Shown here: in pieces, positions 37,220-50,269 of the stretch
How the letters are laid out: the number at the start of each line of letters is the position of its first letter
Numbering within the stretch: position 1 is the first letter of the stretch
Assembly (NCBI GenBank): GCA_036172245.1
Contig: JAYWIR010000001.1
Span: forward strand, 4,712,001-4,776,000
Reading direction: 5' to 3'
DNA: 64,000 bases
Source: Raillietiella orientalis
Lineage: Eukaryota
Position numbers and translations under genes: made by a program
The notes under the pieces: generated by a model
The model's input: the letters and a program-made list of their open reading frames with translations, nothing else
Told to the model about the DNA's origin: nothing
The model's database searches: none

Positions 37220-39150
37220 TTCGAGCAGGAGGTGAAACGGGAAAGGCAGTGGAAGGCGACGACTGCAGCATTGCCAGCGTCGGCGCCTCGAGTGGCCATT
37301 TTGTCCTCTCGTGGTAGCCGGAGTGGCGTGCTTGAGTCCATTCTCCTCTCCCCCTTCCCCTTCCGCACCAAGGATCGACGCCGCACTGGATGCATCCTGG
37401 GATGTCGTCGAGCTCCCGCTGGATAACGCCGAGATGGGTCCGGGCTTCGGATGCTCATTCAGTCGGGGGTGCGTTCGCCGTCTGCGGCCCAGTTCCCTGT
37501 TCATTAGTAGCCGGGAATCATAGAGTAGTCCTTTCTCCTCTTCACGCGTGCCTGGGATGCGTAGCAAAGTAAAAGTGCCTCGCAGGTCCTCCCACGAGGC
37601 GGCACTATCGAGTCTCTCCGATGTATAATGAAATGAAGCAATGGGTTCTTGAGTACGAACGGAAAAAAAAGAAAAGAAGATGGAACAGCGAATAGAACGC
37701 AAAACTGAACGTGTAAAGAAGCAGAAATGAACCACGAAGTTCCATCGTCAAAGACCATTTTCAAAGTGTTCCTTCTGCAATGCACTACTTTAAGAGCATG
37801 GAAGAGGATCCAGAGAATGGTTTATTGAACGCTCGTGGATGTTAACTCGAAAAGCATCCCTAGAGTACCATCAGTGGTTGAGGATTCTCGTCTGCATCCT
37901 GTTCGCATTTCGTCATTAGGACTTTCGGAAGACGATGAAGGCGATCTCTTAGTTGCAGCAGCTAATAGAGAAGAAGCCTTTTGCCCGAATTCTTTACGGG
38001 CAAAAGCTTCTAAGCGATAGCGAAATCTTTTAGAAGTTCCAGTTCTGCACACTTTCACTTTCTGAAACCGAAGGCTTCCAGAGCGTTAGTATTCTTCGGC
38101 AACTGAAGGTCACAAATACAAAACGTGTCATCCTTGCGCAGGGGCCATGCTAATCCTCTCTGTATCGTTACAATTTCAGTATATGTACTGCCGAAGAGTG
38201 TACGTGTGAGAAAATGGACAAAAATGCAGCATCGATGCGGAGCAACTGCTTCATAGGGAAGCCGGAAGCAGAAGAACTGAAGGAAGACTACTAAACACTA
38301 TCTCCGGCACGAAAAACACACGAATGAGTTTCTAATAAGATCCACAATAAAAGCTCCAGCGCAAGTCAAGACTTCGGTTCTTCTGATGTGACGCCTTCGC
38401 GAATGCATTGCTGGAGTGCATTGGATTCATAGTCAGCAGCTAATCGAATCGTCCACGGATGGACGAACTGCGAATAGGCTTCTGCTTCCCTACAGATCCA
38501 GAAAACGAGGAAACATTTTGCGCGGTGGATGCTGGGATGCAGCGCTACGAAGCTGGCTGCTGACGCAGAGATCTGTGCCTCAAAGACGAAACTGGAAACG
38601 ACTGATCATCCCGATGAGAAGCCCATTTTGATTCTATCCGTCTCTCTTTGCGTCGAGGTCGCTTGAAACATGCGAAGTTCCTTCTACGGAAATTGCAGAA
38701 GACGCGGCAGTGCCTTAAGGCAGGCACAGTTTAAAGGATCTAAAATCCAGGAGCATCCTTGAAGTAAATTTTTCCGTTGCAGTACACATTTCCAGTTGAT
38801 TATCCAAGTTGGTCCTCTTTTGCCATCAAGGAGCGATTCAAACTGAGGGAATGCTGCCATCTTTGGACGAAGACTGCTGAATTCGTTTCCTTCGCATTGC
38901 TGCAACGTACCATCAACTGTTAAGGTCGCTGCTCGTGCATCGCATGCTCTCTCGTCTGTGTCCACGATAAAGTTGTCATAACCACACTGCTCAGCGTGTG
39001 GATGCCGGATGAATTTATGTCGAGAAGTCTGTCATTAAGGTGACCACGAAACGTGGCAGCATTGTTTTCTACTGGACAGAATGCTGACAGTGTCGGTTTT
39101 ACGAGAGTCTACTGGAACAGATAATGGTGAGCGGAACCACGCACTTTCTG
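37220..39150 (-). mobile_element. Degenerate LINE ORF2 (APE then RT), interrupted by the U6 retrocopy
   Basis: DTDERAC...SLLDG...NWKCVLQRKN and ASHRDD (APE), then NW...KLL...KRL, RAFN and EP remnants (RT) in the correct order. Confidence 0.55.
38124..38203 (-). pseudogene. U6: U6 snRNA copy, 3'-truncated (first 80 nt)
   Basis: GTACACTCTTCGGCAGTACATATACTGAAATTGTAACGATACAGAGAGGATTAGCATGGCCCCTGCGCAAGGATGACACG: ACAGAGA box, AGC triad and ISL present; several substitutions, no 3' end, no upstream TATA. Confidence 0.95.
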
Positions 39151-39839
39151 GGAAAAGCAACAACAACAAAAAAAAAAAGAAACTCCGAGAAGACAAAAGA
39201 GTTGTTGAGAAACGAAGTGGTTACATCGGATTGTGAATAGGTGGACTGACGGACTCAGAGATGACCGTGGTTTCCTGTTTTCTCACGGAAAGGATTGTGC
39301 AGCAACTCAGAAACTGCTTGTGAAGACGGAGAATTCCAGAGGTATCGCAAATGAAGCCTCTGAATTTCGGGTACGTAACGGAAATCCACTAAGAAGCACC
39401 GTTCCTCCCCTGCATAAGGCTGCTACAGTTTCCGTGCTTCTCAGGGAGAGGGGCAGAATTCATCTACTCCGAATTTTGAAGCATAAGGTTCTGTGCGGAC
39501 GGGCACGAGATAATAGCAGTTTAGAGATAATTAACTAATTGTGGAGGGGAGATGAAGAAACGAGAGGTTTTCACACTGGGTTGCGAAATCTTAAAACAAG
39601 GACCAATGGAAAAAGCATCCAGCAAGGAAATGCCGTCCACCAGGAAATTTTTTCTTCTTCTCCAAGATACCCGCTTTGTTATGAAACATCTCAGATCGAA
39701 GGAACTCAAGGAATAAAGTTTCTCATTTAAGAGAAAGATAAATCAGGAACATTTTCTCCTCATTTGGCGTGGCTTTTTTTTTTTTCGTTTTTCACTAACG
39801 ATAGCCACAAGGGTGGAAGTTTTCCGAGCATGGTAGAGT

Positions 39840-42800
39840 CAAGCTGCACCGGGAAGGAAAGATAGCAGCAGTGGAGCGATAAAATCAAGTGCATCCGAAT
39901 TTCTTTGACATCTGGCGAGGACTTCCAATATTTCCACGTTATATTCTCGCTCTGGTCTTTTCTCGATCAGCCAATCTAAAGAGAAGATGCGATGATGCCC
40001 ATGGCACTTGTATGAGGGACAGAAAATACTCTCAGGATGAGGTGAACCCTTCATGGATAAACACGTTCCTGTCCGCATAGGTTTCGTGCCCACCCCCTTT
40101 GCATCCTCTCACCAGAAACGAATTCAAGGAGCCTCGAACGATCTCGATCGAGTCAAGGATAATGTGGCGCCTGGACCGTCCCGTTCAGACTTTAGCCATC
40201 TGGGCTGCAGGAGCAGCAATCGTGCTGTTCGTGCCAAATGTCCACAATTACCGTTTCCGTCGCTTAGAGTGAGGACCTCTGATGGTAGTCTACAGTTTCG
40301 TACTGGGTGCCTAGGAGACTGTCATTAGTTTCATCGCTTGAACAACTCTGTAGATCTTTCGTTAGTGACAGGAATGCTCTGGTCCTTGAAACCAATGCTG
40401 CTCCGGTGTGCTGCAGTTGTCGAAAAAAATAAAAGTGTGCAAGAAGTGCTACAGAGTGGATAAGAACATCTTGTCTTCCTTCGTCGGTTTCCCCTTAACT
40501 CCACGAAGCGTCTCTGTAATCATTTGTTGGTAGGGACACGATAAGGGTCCACGACGGGGTTCCATCTTCGAAAGTTGTGGATTCTTCAAACAGATTTGGG
40601 TTCGTTTATTCCAGTCAGCAGCTTCCCCCTCGATTGTCTCTTTGTCCGACCGCCCAACTTTTGCTCACTTTCTGATGAACTGAAAGTTGTTATCTTCCCT
40701 CTCACAAAACGGTGCATCGGCTCCCATCTCTGGTGTCCTGTCTGCTCGAATCTCCGTTCTCAGCGGCACGAAATAATGAAAGGTAATCGATCCTCCTGCT
40801 GCCTCTGTACACAAACCTCTTTTTTCAACGTTGCTAAGGACAGTGCTTCCATTCATTGCCTGGTGGTCGAAGCTGAATAATGGAAAAATTATTCTTTCAG
40901 ATTTTTCATCCTTCAGCGGCACAATGCAACTCAACTAAGGCAGGAAGAATCCAGGGTCCGGATGTGATTACGGTGGCGCTTGCAACTGCTACCAGTCCTC
41001 CATTACTTATACCACACTGGGAATAATTCAAAATTTTTTCGCCGACATGGTTTCTTTCCAGTCAGAACACTCCTGCGGGCCGTTCCAGCGACTTTTCACT
41101 GATGGGAAGAGTTCAGAAGAGAAGACGATCTCGTCGGAGGTTGGTTCGCTCGACAAGGTGTGTGGATGCACCACGAACCGCAGTACCCAGGCACTCTCTG
41201 GGGGTCGATTTTCTTTTTTTCGCAATTTGCCTCTCTCCTTCGCTCATTGATCGTGGGGCCACGTCATTACCGTGGGCACTCTACTCCCTCTGCCTCCCCC
41301 TTCCTGCTTTTTCCGACGCAGTGGCCAAAAAAAAAAAGGAGAACACTTGTGGCTAGCAGTTGTGTTTCTCGTTTCAGAAGCGATACGAAACGAGAATCAC
41401 GCCCATTCCACCAGGTCAACTTATCCTAGAGACGACACCCTATCTCTGCACTCTGTGTGGCGGCTGACTCTTCATCTTCAACGTCGTAGCTTTGCCTACG
41501 CATCCATTTGCTACGGATCACTTCCCTTCAGATCACGAGGGAGTCCCGTTCTCACCTTCCTAGAGAACGAAGAGCAACGAGGTGCTCAGGGATGTCGGGT
41601 AACACAAGTCGGAGAGGATAGGCGTGTGCCAACAAACACCCGGCACAGCCGGGATATGCTCTAGGCCCATATTTCCTGCCACTCATCACGATGAACAGCT
41701 GCCAGCGCCCATCCGGAAAAACCAAGAGGTAGAAACGCCACTAAGCAACAAAATACTTGCCCAGGGGGTAGGAGAAAATGCAAGCTGATTTCTGATGCTT
41801 CTTATCTCACTCCAGCGTCTTCAGCAGGAGCGCTCCTTACAGAGGCTTCTCTTTATGCGTTCTCTGTGCACCGTTTTGCGTCCTGTAATTTACATTTCTC
41901 TTTAAGATCGGTTTGATAAGGTCCAAGAGTCTCTTCCTCCACGAAGAATGCAAACTGGACGAACGCACCTGTTCTGGGTAAAGAAGAAACCATGGAGACG
42001 TCAACTGTGACCTCCAACTCCACAAAAGGTGGTTAAGTTACAATCTACTTACTCTCTTTCGTAAGCATAACCTGGATGGATGACCTTGCTGTGATGGTTT
42101 TGGTTCATGAAATCCGTGGAACAATGGTCAACTGAGGAATGCACAGGAGAGGCCTTGGTTTCGCGTGTTTTAAAGACGTGGAACCTTCCGAGCCGAGAAA
42201 GAAGTCTGTCGGATGAAACTCAGATGAAAACAGACTCAGTGTATTTTGAAAAGAGACAGGCAATCCCCAACAAGTGAGGGGAAATTCGCATGAGAGAAAG
42301 GAAGTAAGCAAAAAACAGCCAGCTCCGGAATTCATCTCGCGACAGACTCAAGAACCGAAGAAATATCAAGCAAAGAGATTTTTTTTTACTCGACGGTCGA
42401 GTTGATGAATGTGCGTTCACAGTTGACCGGAACAAAAATGGGGCGGCAGCAAACTCGGACAAAGAAGAATTCAAAAATCAGAAAAGAATTCAAAAATTAT
42501 CTTAAAGAAGATTTCGGTTACACGAAATTCGAGTGCCCGTGAGCCTTCGGGAGTGTCACACACGCACAGATGCATCATTCCTCCTCAGAACGTGCTGGAA
42601 ATCCGTGTCTAGTTTTCCGGAGAGGACAGTAATAGGCATCTGATTGCCCAGATCTTCGTTTCCAACTTCCATGCATCCACCATCACGCTTAACGGGATGC
42701 ATCCCATGGCTCATCCCCTTTGATCCAGGGCACATTAAATCGAGGCTTGTCCGGGGTTGGCATGCAGCGACATATATCAAAAGCACGACAAGAAAATGCG

Positions 42801-45800
42801 ATGACAGTGGAAGCTAATGAGAACATGCTGGAGCCAAGATCAACAGAAAGTTCACATTTTCATCGCTAAATGATGTTATTAAAGAAACCAGAACGACCCG
42901 GATTGCTGTTTATTGCCTGATGCAATGGTTTTTAGACGTCATTACCATGGAGGTAATTTTGAAATGGTTTGGCTCCAAGCCGGTTGGGGGTAAAGCGGCA
43001 GCCGGGAATGGTGAGGAAGACGTCAAGAGACTACTGAAAGTTTTCCTCTTGCTTCGTTGCTAAGTAAGAAAAGAAAACACCGGAACAGATGGATTTCCGT
43101 ACGGCAGCGCGCGGGGTACAGCTCCCCGAACGATTGTTTACAATGTAACGTGTACCACAGAGCATGCTGCCGGGCAACTGCTATCCGATGCACAGATTTA
43201 CTGCTGGCATGCTGCTTGAGATCCTGGCGATGTGTTTATAGGCCGTGCGTCCAAGGACCATTTTAAGATATTCTTCTCCGAACTGGGACGAAGTGCCCAG
43301 GATTTATGGGCTGCCGATTTTCATTGTGGTAAAAAGTCGTAGTCATTTGAAGACGAAACAAGGCAAGGCCATTCCAGATTACCTTGACAGGGATGCATTT
43401 TACGGTTAGAGATGCAACCATTCATGCAAATTAAGGAATGCGCGTCTCAACACTCCAATATAAGCAACAGTTTTTCAAGGTCACCGGGCGCGTGTGGTAG
43501 CTGACAAACGCGGCGAAGTGTGACTTCTGCGAGCGCATCCAACAAGCCAGAAGCACCGTCTTTCTCCCGACGATTCCGTACGGTGCCCAATATTCCGTCC
43601 CGCTTTTTCGGTACGCGTGCCACTTGGGGGAAACAAAAACTGCGCGCGTAGATTCACACTCAGAATTGCTGTTCCAGGAGTCAGGGGTCAGGAGCGCAGC
43701 TTGCCCGCACGAGAAAGCTGGCGGGATGCAAGGAGGAAGGTCTTTCACTTGAAGGCCGAAATTTCGAATTCCCGGATCGTCCTCCAGCAGAAAGAAATCC
43801 CGTCCTTCCGTGCTCTCAGCTTGGAATGCGCTATCATTGCTCAAGGATAAATTCCCTATTCACGACGCTGCCTTTTCGTCCTCTTTTGTTTTTATTTTTG
43901 CTTTTTTTCCGTGTTTCGGGTGCTTGGAAGATTCCTCGCTCTGAACAGCTCCGTGGATTCTGGGGATGTCCAGAACGCAGCGGAAGCGAACCAAAGTGCT
44001 CACCGCAAGCGATGGCGCGCGAACTTGCAAGCACCTCCCCGACGGCCCCGGGGCAGTAGGATTGTCCGGCCCGAGTTCTCGAAGAGGTCGAGAGGAAGGG
44101 GTGCAGCTGAGGATGTGGGAAGATGACCAAGAGGGCAAATACAGTGACAAGAAAAGCAAAAGAGGGGAGCAAAGAGGAGAGAGCGCGAAAGAGCCAGACT
44201 GGAAGGCCTCGGAATGGGGGAACGAAACGACGCAGTAGTCGAGGATGAGGATGGGTGAGAGAAAGAGGGGCAGCTAGCCGTGAGGCTGGGATCGCCGGCA
44301 CCTCAAGACGAACGGGGAGCCTCCCTCCCTTCCTTTTACGGGCGAGGAAGGTTGGCCGGCCTCGCTCCCCAATGGTGTGCCTCTGGACCTGAAAGGGTCT
44401 CAGGGTACTCCTCCGTGTACACCGTCGCGGGGCACTCAAGCCTCAGCCTCCTTAACGACCTTTCGTATTTCGCAGGAGCCCAGGGCAGCAAGCAGCCATT
44501 GATCATCTGGTCATGCGCTAGCCAAGAGAGTGAAAGGAAAACAAGGCCTGCTTGGTAAAAGAGAATGGAAGAACGAGCAGTGAGAAAAACAGAGAAAAAT
44601 GGAAGGTGATGAGACAAAATGAGGGTGACTTTTTTCTTTTCTCTTTCCCTTGGACATCGGAGAACGCGCCTCCTTCGATTTATCCGTAAGTGCAAACATG
44701 CCATGCTGCTGAGGAGGGAAGAAGAAGATTTACAGGATGACCCGAAGGAATTCGCGATGTTTTCTGGAAGGAAGACATAGCAACGGAAGACGGGGGGGAC
44801 CGAGGCTTCCGGACTCTGTCCGAAGAGCGGGGCAGCCACAAAGAGGACTCGACTCCCAGAATCTCTTTCTCCGTGCTCGCTGCTCGGATAGCGAGAAACT
44901 GCCAGTTCTCCTGACATTCATTGCGCCCTTCGGCTCTTTCGCCGGTCACCCAGATCTTCGGAGGCAGCGCTGCTATGGCAGCGGTTGGAGTGTTGGCAAA
45001 CATCAGCCGGAAATCTTGCTTCCGTCTTTAGCGAGCTCGAGGGTGAAGGATGACATGAGAGTGAGGTGGTGGGTGGCGCAAGGGTCATCGGTAGGACAGG
45101 ATGTCAAGAATGAAGGTTTTCTGGAAGAGATGGAAATTTCGAGATCGTGTATGAACTCGCAGCTGGGTTCCAAAATGCATAAGGACGGAAGCGGAATGGG
45201 GAGCAAACGGGAGATGAAGAGATTTTTCATCGTCTATGCACTGTGGCTATACTCCGCATACATCCCCAGGATGCCATCAGTCGCTGGAGCTCTGTTTTTT
45301 CGATAGGGATTGGTTCCGTTCGGAAGGTGAACGTGAGTTGACTGTGTAGATCGTCAGCTTTATTTTTCGGGATCAAATGCAACACCGTTCTAAGGATCCC
45401 TCCACGAGTGTTTTTCGCGGTTTCCAGGACTTCTTTTGTGTGGAATGGGAAGACAGTTTGCGTTGTTCTATCCCCTTCCCCTACTTCGCCGTAGCAGAGC
45501 ATTTCTACGGACATGGAATGCTCATGATGGTCACCTCACCTTCGCGAACTTTGTTTTGTTCGGAGGCAGTGCCGTGGCTGATGAAAGCCACCTGAGATAC
45601 GATGAGTTCTTCGACTACCGGGAATTCCAAAAACGAGCGCAAACCAGCCCTGTTTGTTGAGTGAAAGGAGGGGTTGCATGGGTCCGAAGGAGTCTTAAGG
45701 TTCTTCACCATCTTCATCATTTTTCACCACCCGTCCAAGACGGCCGGGACATCCTCATGTCCTGGACATTTTGTTCCGTCCATACGAGGTCATGGTATCC

Positions 45801-46400
45801 GGAAATGCTTCGTTCACATCCGTATCTGCTGGTGCCAGTTCTTCTCGAGCGGTTTGGATGATTCCTTAATCAGGAAAATGTCCCAACCCATGGGTCCAAT
45901 TTGCATCCAGACAACCGCGAAGCTCCTCAATTTCTCGAGGTATAGAAGTGGAATTTCCTGTCCTCGCATCACAACTTCACTTTGGAGATTCTAGGACTCG
46001 GAAATTCACACCCTGGGGCTCCAGCGGTCCCCTAAGTGTCGACAGGGAGGCAGCGAGGGCTTTCTTCCTCGAGCACTACTGAACGAGTCGTGCGTGTTGT
46101 CGAAAGAGGCAGCAACATCGATAATGAACATTCCTCTTCCTTTTCCCAGTACTAGATCCAGACGGAGTCAGAGTACATTCTAGGGATGATCTTGTTTCAG
46201 GAAACCTCTTCTCAACTTCCTCCAACGGCTCGTCTTGAATCGACAGTGAGTTGTGCCGGTGAGTGCACAGGAGGGAGCGCCGGAAACGGTTCAGAATGAT
46301 GGATGACTTGTTCTGCAGCTGCGATCCTGCTAGACGCATGCAATCCTTCTGACCGAGAGGATGCTGAGCCACATACAGCGTGCTTAAGTCTGCAACATGA
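39840..46400 (-). mobile_element. Heavily degenerate, near full-length L1/Tx1-like LINE (ORF1-APE-RT) with later insertions
   Basis: ORF1-like VWMQIGPMGWDIFL (~45900); APE remnants NFGLQV and IVGRKTVLL (43500-43800); RT remnants G.LS, D+.+ and TGA (40300-40570), all collinear. Confidence 0.5.
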
Positions 46401-46747
46401 GGAAGTGGCTCCCGAGTTTACGTACAGTCCAACTAGTGGAGTGTCTTGGTCCCCGACCAGGGGAATGCCAAGAAGAACTGATCCAAAGATTACAGACAAC
46501 TAATGCAAACGTCCACCTTCATCAGTTGCATTGACCGTCAACGGCAACGGTCTGCGGCTTCCCAACAACAAACGTCCACCCTGCTCCCCACGCGTAATCA
46601 CGCTCGCCTCTTCGATGTCCACAAACTTCCTGTTTTCTTCTCTGCTGCTTTGAAGTCTCTGGGAAATTTCCTTTCAAGGAAATTCGTCCACCTCAACATT
46701 TGTAGGCAACGTGGCCATTCTCTTTTCGACCGCTCGACTAAGGAAGG

Positions 46748-47760
46748 TTTTTACCGAGTGACGCAGGGACGTTTATTTAAAAAATAAACCTCAGGTCAGA
46801 GGGGGACGGTGTCTCCTGAATACAAGAAATTCCAAAAAAAAAAAAAGTTCATTGAGGATGATCCGGCTTCCACATATGCCGGCTTCTAAAAGTAGAGAAC
46901 GGAGGGAGGGGGAGAAAAATAAATAAAAAAGGAAAGGAGGGTCGAAATCGGGTCCTCTGGTTCATTCGTTTATTTCTTTCTAGAATTAGCTATGTATGGT
47001 GGCGATCACATTGATGACCTCTTTTGGAGGATGAAATCACCTTGCGACGTCCTCATAGAGGCGGCTGCCATGCTGGTGGCCTCCCTTCGCTGCGAACGAG
47101 ACTCCAACACTTGGTGGACTATCACTATGGCGAGGATGCAGCAGGCTGTTGAAATCACATCGCCCGTCTTCAGCACCCCTTACGCAAAGAACTTCAGTAA
47201 GTCCGAAGCGGCTCTGGAAATCCTCAGGGTGGCAGACCGCCGAAGCGCATCTCCGCTTCAGAGCACTGCAGTCCAGCAGGAAGTGCCCATCGCCCCGCAC
47301 CTGGGCCACTTCGGGGAGAAAACTCCCCCGGAAACTAGGCGCCTACACTGGTTGCAACGGAATCCTCAATGCAGAAACAACAGGATATCCCATTTCCAAC
47401 AGAGTGGAAACACGGGATCTTCGGGGAACACACCAAGCGGGTCTCTCCACTGGAGTCCCTTAGTCCGGGACCAACGAATAGAGACGTTCACCAACTCGCT
47501 CGTCTTGAGCCATCGAGGAGTTTCTCGACTCTTTCTTTCCATTTTGCAGCAAGACCCCCCCCCCCCCCCCGCAGGTTGGTTGCTGTCAATTCTTGCCCCG
47601 AGGGTAGACAGTGCTGCGGCAAAGGGTGTGACGGCTGTCCGGGACCACTGTGACCAGTCCTGCAGAGGGAATGCGGGGAGGGGCCTGCATTCGAGGCCTG
47701 CCGCATCCAAAGAAGTGTTTCAAAACACATCTTTGGATAAGCAGCTTCTTTGGTGAGCTT
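46748..47760 (-). mobile_element. 5'-truncated LINE (zf-RVT plus 3' UTR), related to 55315-56837
   Basis: GFRCNQCRRLVSGGVFSPKWPRCG..HFLLDC matches WGFQCKERRHRVCGGVASPSCTRC..HLLVDC; ends AATAAACGTCCCTGCGTCACTCGGTAAAAA. Confidence 0.75.
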
Positions 47761-48149
47761 CCCTTTCTATTCAACTCCATGCTTCCTTCATTTCATCGCT
47801 TTACGCAAGAGGGTGAAGCGTTTCCATCCCTGGTTTCCGGAAGAAGGAGTTGTTCGGTGCATAACATTCCGCTATAGCAGCAACAAAGAACTGGACGCCG
47901 CTCATCCAGGAGATTGGTGAGGCTAGCCGCGACGTCTACTAGGCTCACCGGCTAGGACACCCTCAGCAGACCTACACAGTCAGGCGTGCCTCTAGTTGCT
48001 TCTGAAGAAGACCCCCAACCTCTATGAGACACGGTTTGGTGCAGCAGCGGAGACCTTCGCGCATCAGTGCCGGACTACAAAGGGATTCGAACCCGCTCGA
48101 CCGCGGATGTAAATCCCCGAGGCGCAAGCGAGCAAGCGAACCCTCTCTG

Positions 48150-48560
48150 CTCAACAAAGAAGCACCGTCTTGAAAGGAAAAAGCGATTCTTCCGAAGGTC
48201 GCGTCCTTTCTCATAGCCAGAGCGCTGCGTGCCTGCCGGCGAGGCTAGGGGAAGAGGTGGCCACGGGGACGGAAAGAGCGCGACCTAGCGCTCACATGGA
48301 CGTCATCTGCTCGTCGCAGCTCTCTCTGACCCATCCGGTTCGTGATCAGGCGGTTATCTCGTCCTCAGGAAGAGACCACGCAGCAGGTCCTACAAGATCC
48401 ACCTCTCCCACCTCTCTCGACGTCCTCTGCGACGCTCAGATCTCGGAATAGTCCTCAGAGACCGACGGGGATGCTTCAAGAAGCGTACGGGAAGAGCACG
48501 GCGAAACGACCCTTTGGGCTGCTTCCAAGCTGAAGGGAGAGCTCCAGTGGGAACAGGTAG
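48150..48560 (+). mobile_element. LINE APE endonuclease remnant
   Basis: SAHMDVICSSQL...SGRDHAA (SR+D.I..S...SDH). Confidence 0.45.
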
Positions 48561-48649
48561 CTCTTTCTCCGGGTCCAGAGCTTGAGGATTTTTTTCACTT
48601 TCTTTTCAAAAAGGGTCAGTAGCGACCCCATGTTGAGATCCGTACAATA

Positions 48650-49420
48650 CGCCAAGAATGGTGGAAATCCTTTCGGGGGTTCTTCAGTTTTGGCTGCTCT
48701 TTTTTCAGCTCGTTAAGCGCTGAAGCTAGGTTCGCTCTTCTGCCTCCGTAGGGAGTCGGTCACGAAGCTCTCTGACACCACCCACGCCACCCGAGGATGT
48801 GTCGTGGTTCTTCAAGTTAAGGGGTAACTCCGTAGGGACCACCCTATGAATCTAGGAGGCTCCGGAGGAAGGATTCCTTTCCTCTTACTCTTGGTAGGGA
48901 ACTTTGAAGCGAACTTCTTCCTTGCTCTCTCCTAAGGGGTCTTCCGGAGAAAAGGAGGTAATCCTCTTTTTGTCTCCGAAGGGAACCCCGAAAGAAACCG
49001 CTCCCGGAATTTCTTCTCCGAAGAGAACCCTGGAGGAGCGCTTCCAAATTTCTCCTAAGGGCGCTTCTGACACTCTAGAGACTCAACCCCCCTGAGGAAA
49101 GTCTCAACCAGCTCCATGGTACGCGATGGAGGATCCCCCCAGGGGGTGATGGCTTCGCTTTCACAACCGGAGGGGAATGGCTCCTTGATTCCCGGAAAGA
49201 TGCCGGAGGGTCGGCTTCCAGTCCCGGCCAGTCAACGGGGGCATCCGGGGATTTCTGGCTTTCACCGGTGTTTCACCCGAAGCCAACCGAGGCCGACCAG
49301 CGCCATCCTGCGGTAAGGACTCTCAAACGCATCCCTCCCCTCCTTCGTTCTCGGTGTCGAGAAACCGTCCGCACGGGGATTTGAACCTGCAACGCTTGGT
49401 GACCGCATCTCCGGGCCTCC
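48650..49420 (-). mobile_element. Long tRNA-SINE family copy
   Basis: Head CACCAAGCGTTGCAGGTTCAAATCCCC; body; array (TTCTCTTCGGAGAA at 49014-49027); tail. Confidence 0.85.
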
Positions 49421-50269
49421 AGCTCAGGCTTCGGGATCTTTGGGAGTGCGGTAGGTTCTTCGCCTGGTTTCCGTTCTTGCAGCGGAGTGACGCAGCATAA
49501 AAGGCGAAAGGAGCCCCCGAGTTTCAAATTGATGCAACTGCTGTGTGCATCGTTTATCAAAAGCGTCCCTCGGCATGGGAACGATCCCCTAGGAATTCTC
49601 GACGCCTCGGGCAACTCGTGGAGCCATGCGCTCGGCAGCCTTTAGTCCGTTTTTTTTGTCCCCTTCTTTACGATCACCACCGAGAGCGATCACGTGAGGA
49701 GGTGGAGGGAAGGGGGAATGGCAGGAAGGTCTCCCCCTCCCTCCCTCCCTGTTCCTCTCCGCGAAAGATCTCCGGCCACCTCCGCGCGCAGGTGCTGTCC
49801 GGCAGCAGCAAAGGTGAGGCTCGTCGCCGCCTCGGCCCGCAAGAGCGCGCAGATGTCGCGAGCTCAGGTCTCTGCAGTCCTTCCACGCTCACAGACAAAC
49901 GGCGAAGACGTTCCGCTGCTGTTTTTACTTTGGAAAGCGAAATCGCGCGCGGACGCTTCCCCGTCGACTTCAGACGGGCTTTGCTTCATCCCCCCTCCCC
50001 CCCCTCCCTCTCGGGAATTCTTTGTGCCGTTTACCGTTCCTCCGGGTCATTTATCTTGCGAATGGTTTAAATTGAACTCTAACAAGATTGATCGCCTCTG
50101 GCTGATTTAATATGCCGGGTTGGATGGTCGGGAACGCACTCCGAGGAACGGTAGTCACTCCGTACTCGCGAAAGCAACCGGGATGAAAACAACGCTTTTT
50201 TTTTTTCCTTTCTTTTTCCCAGGGGTATCGGCTCTTCACCGGTTTCTTCCGCCGTCCCTTCCCGTTCTC

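Noticed and set aside
37800..38123. TACTAAC branch-point-like word and several hairpins just downstream of the U6 fragment, suggesting an intron-containing U6 or a fused structured RNA
   Set aside because: No convincing resumption of U6 sequence, and the same bases read as collinear LINE RT remnants (NW, KLL, RAFN)
39839..40093. CHGHHRIF resembling a ParB/sulfiredoxin GHHR motif
   Set aside because: A short chance match within the degenerate LINE ORF2 region
48082..48097. Isolated B-box (GGGTTCGAATCCC on the minus strand) as a tRNA gene
   Set aside because: No cloverleaf or A-box could be built; probably a decayed SINE or tRNA fragment
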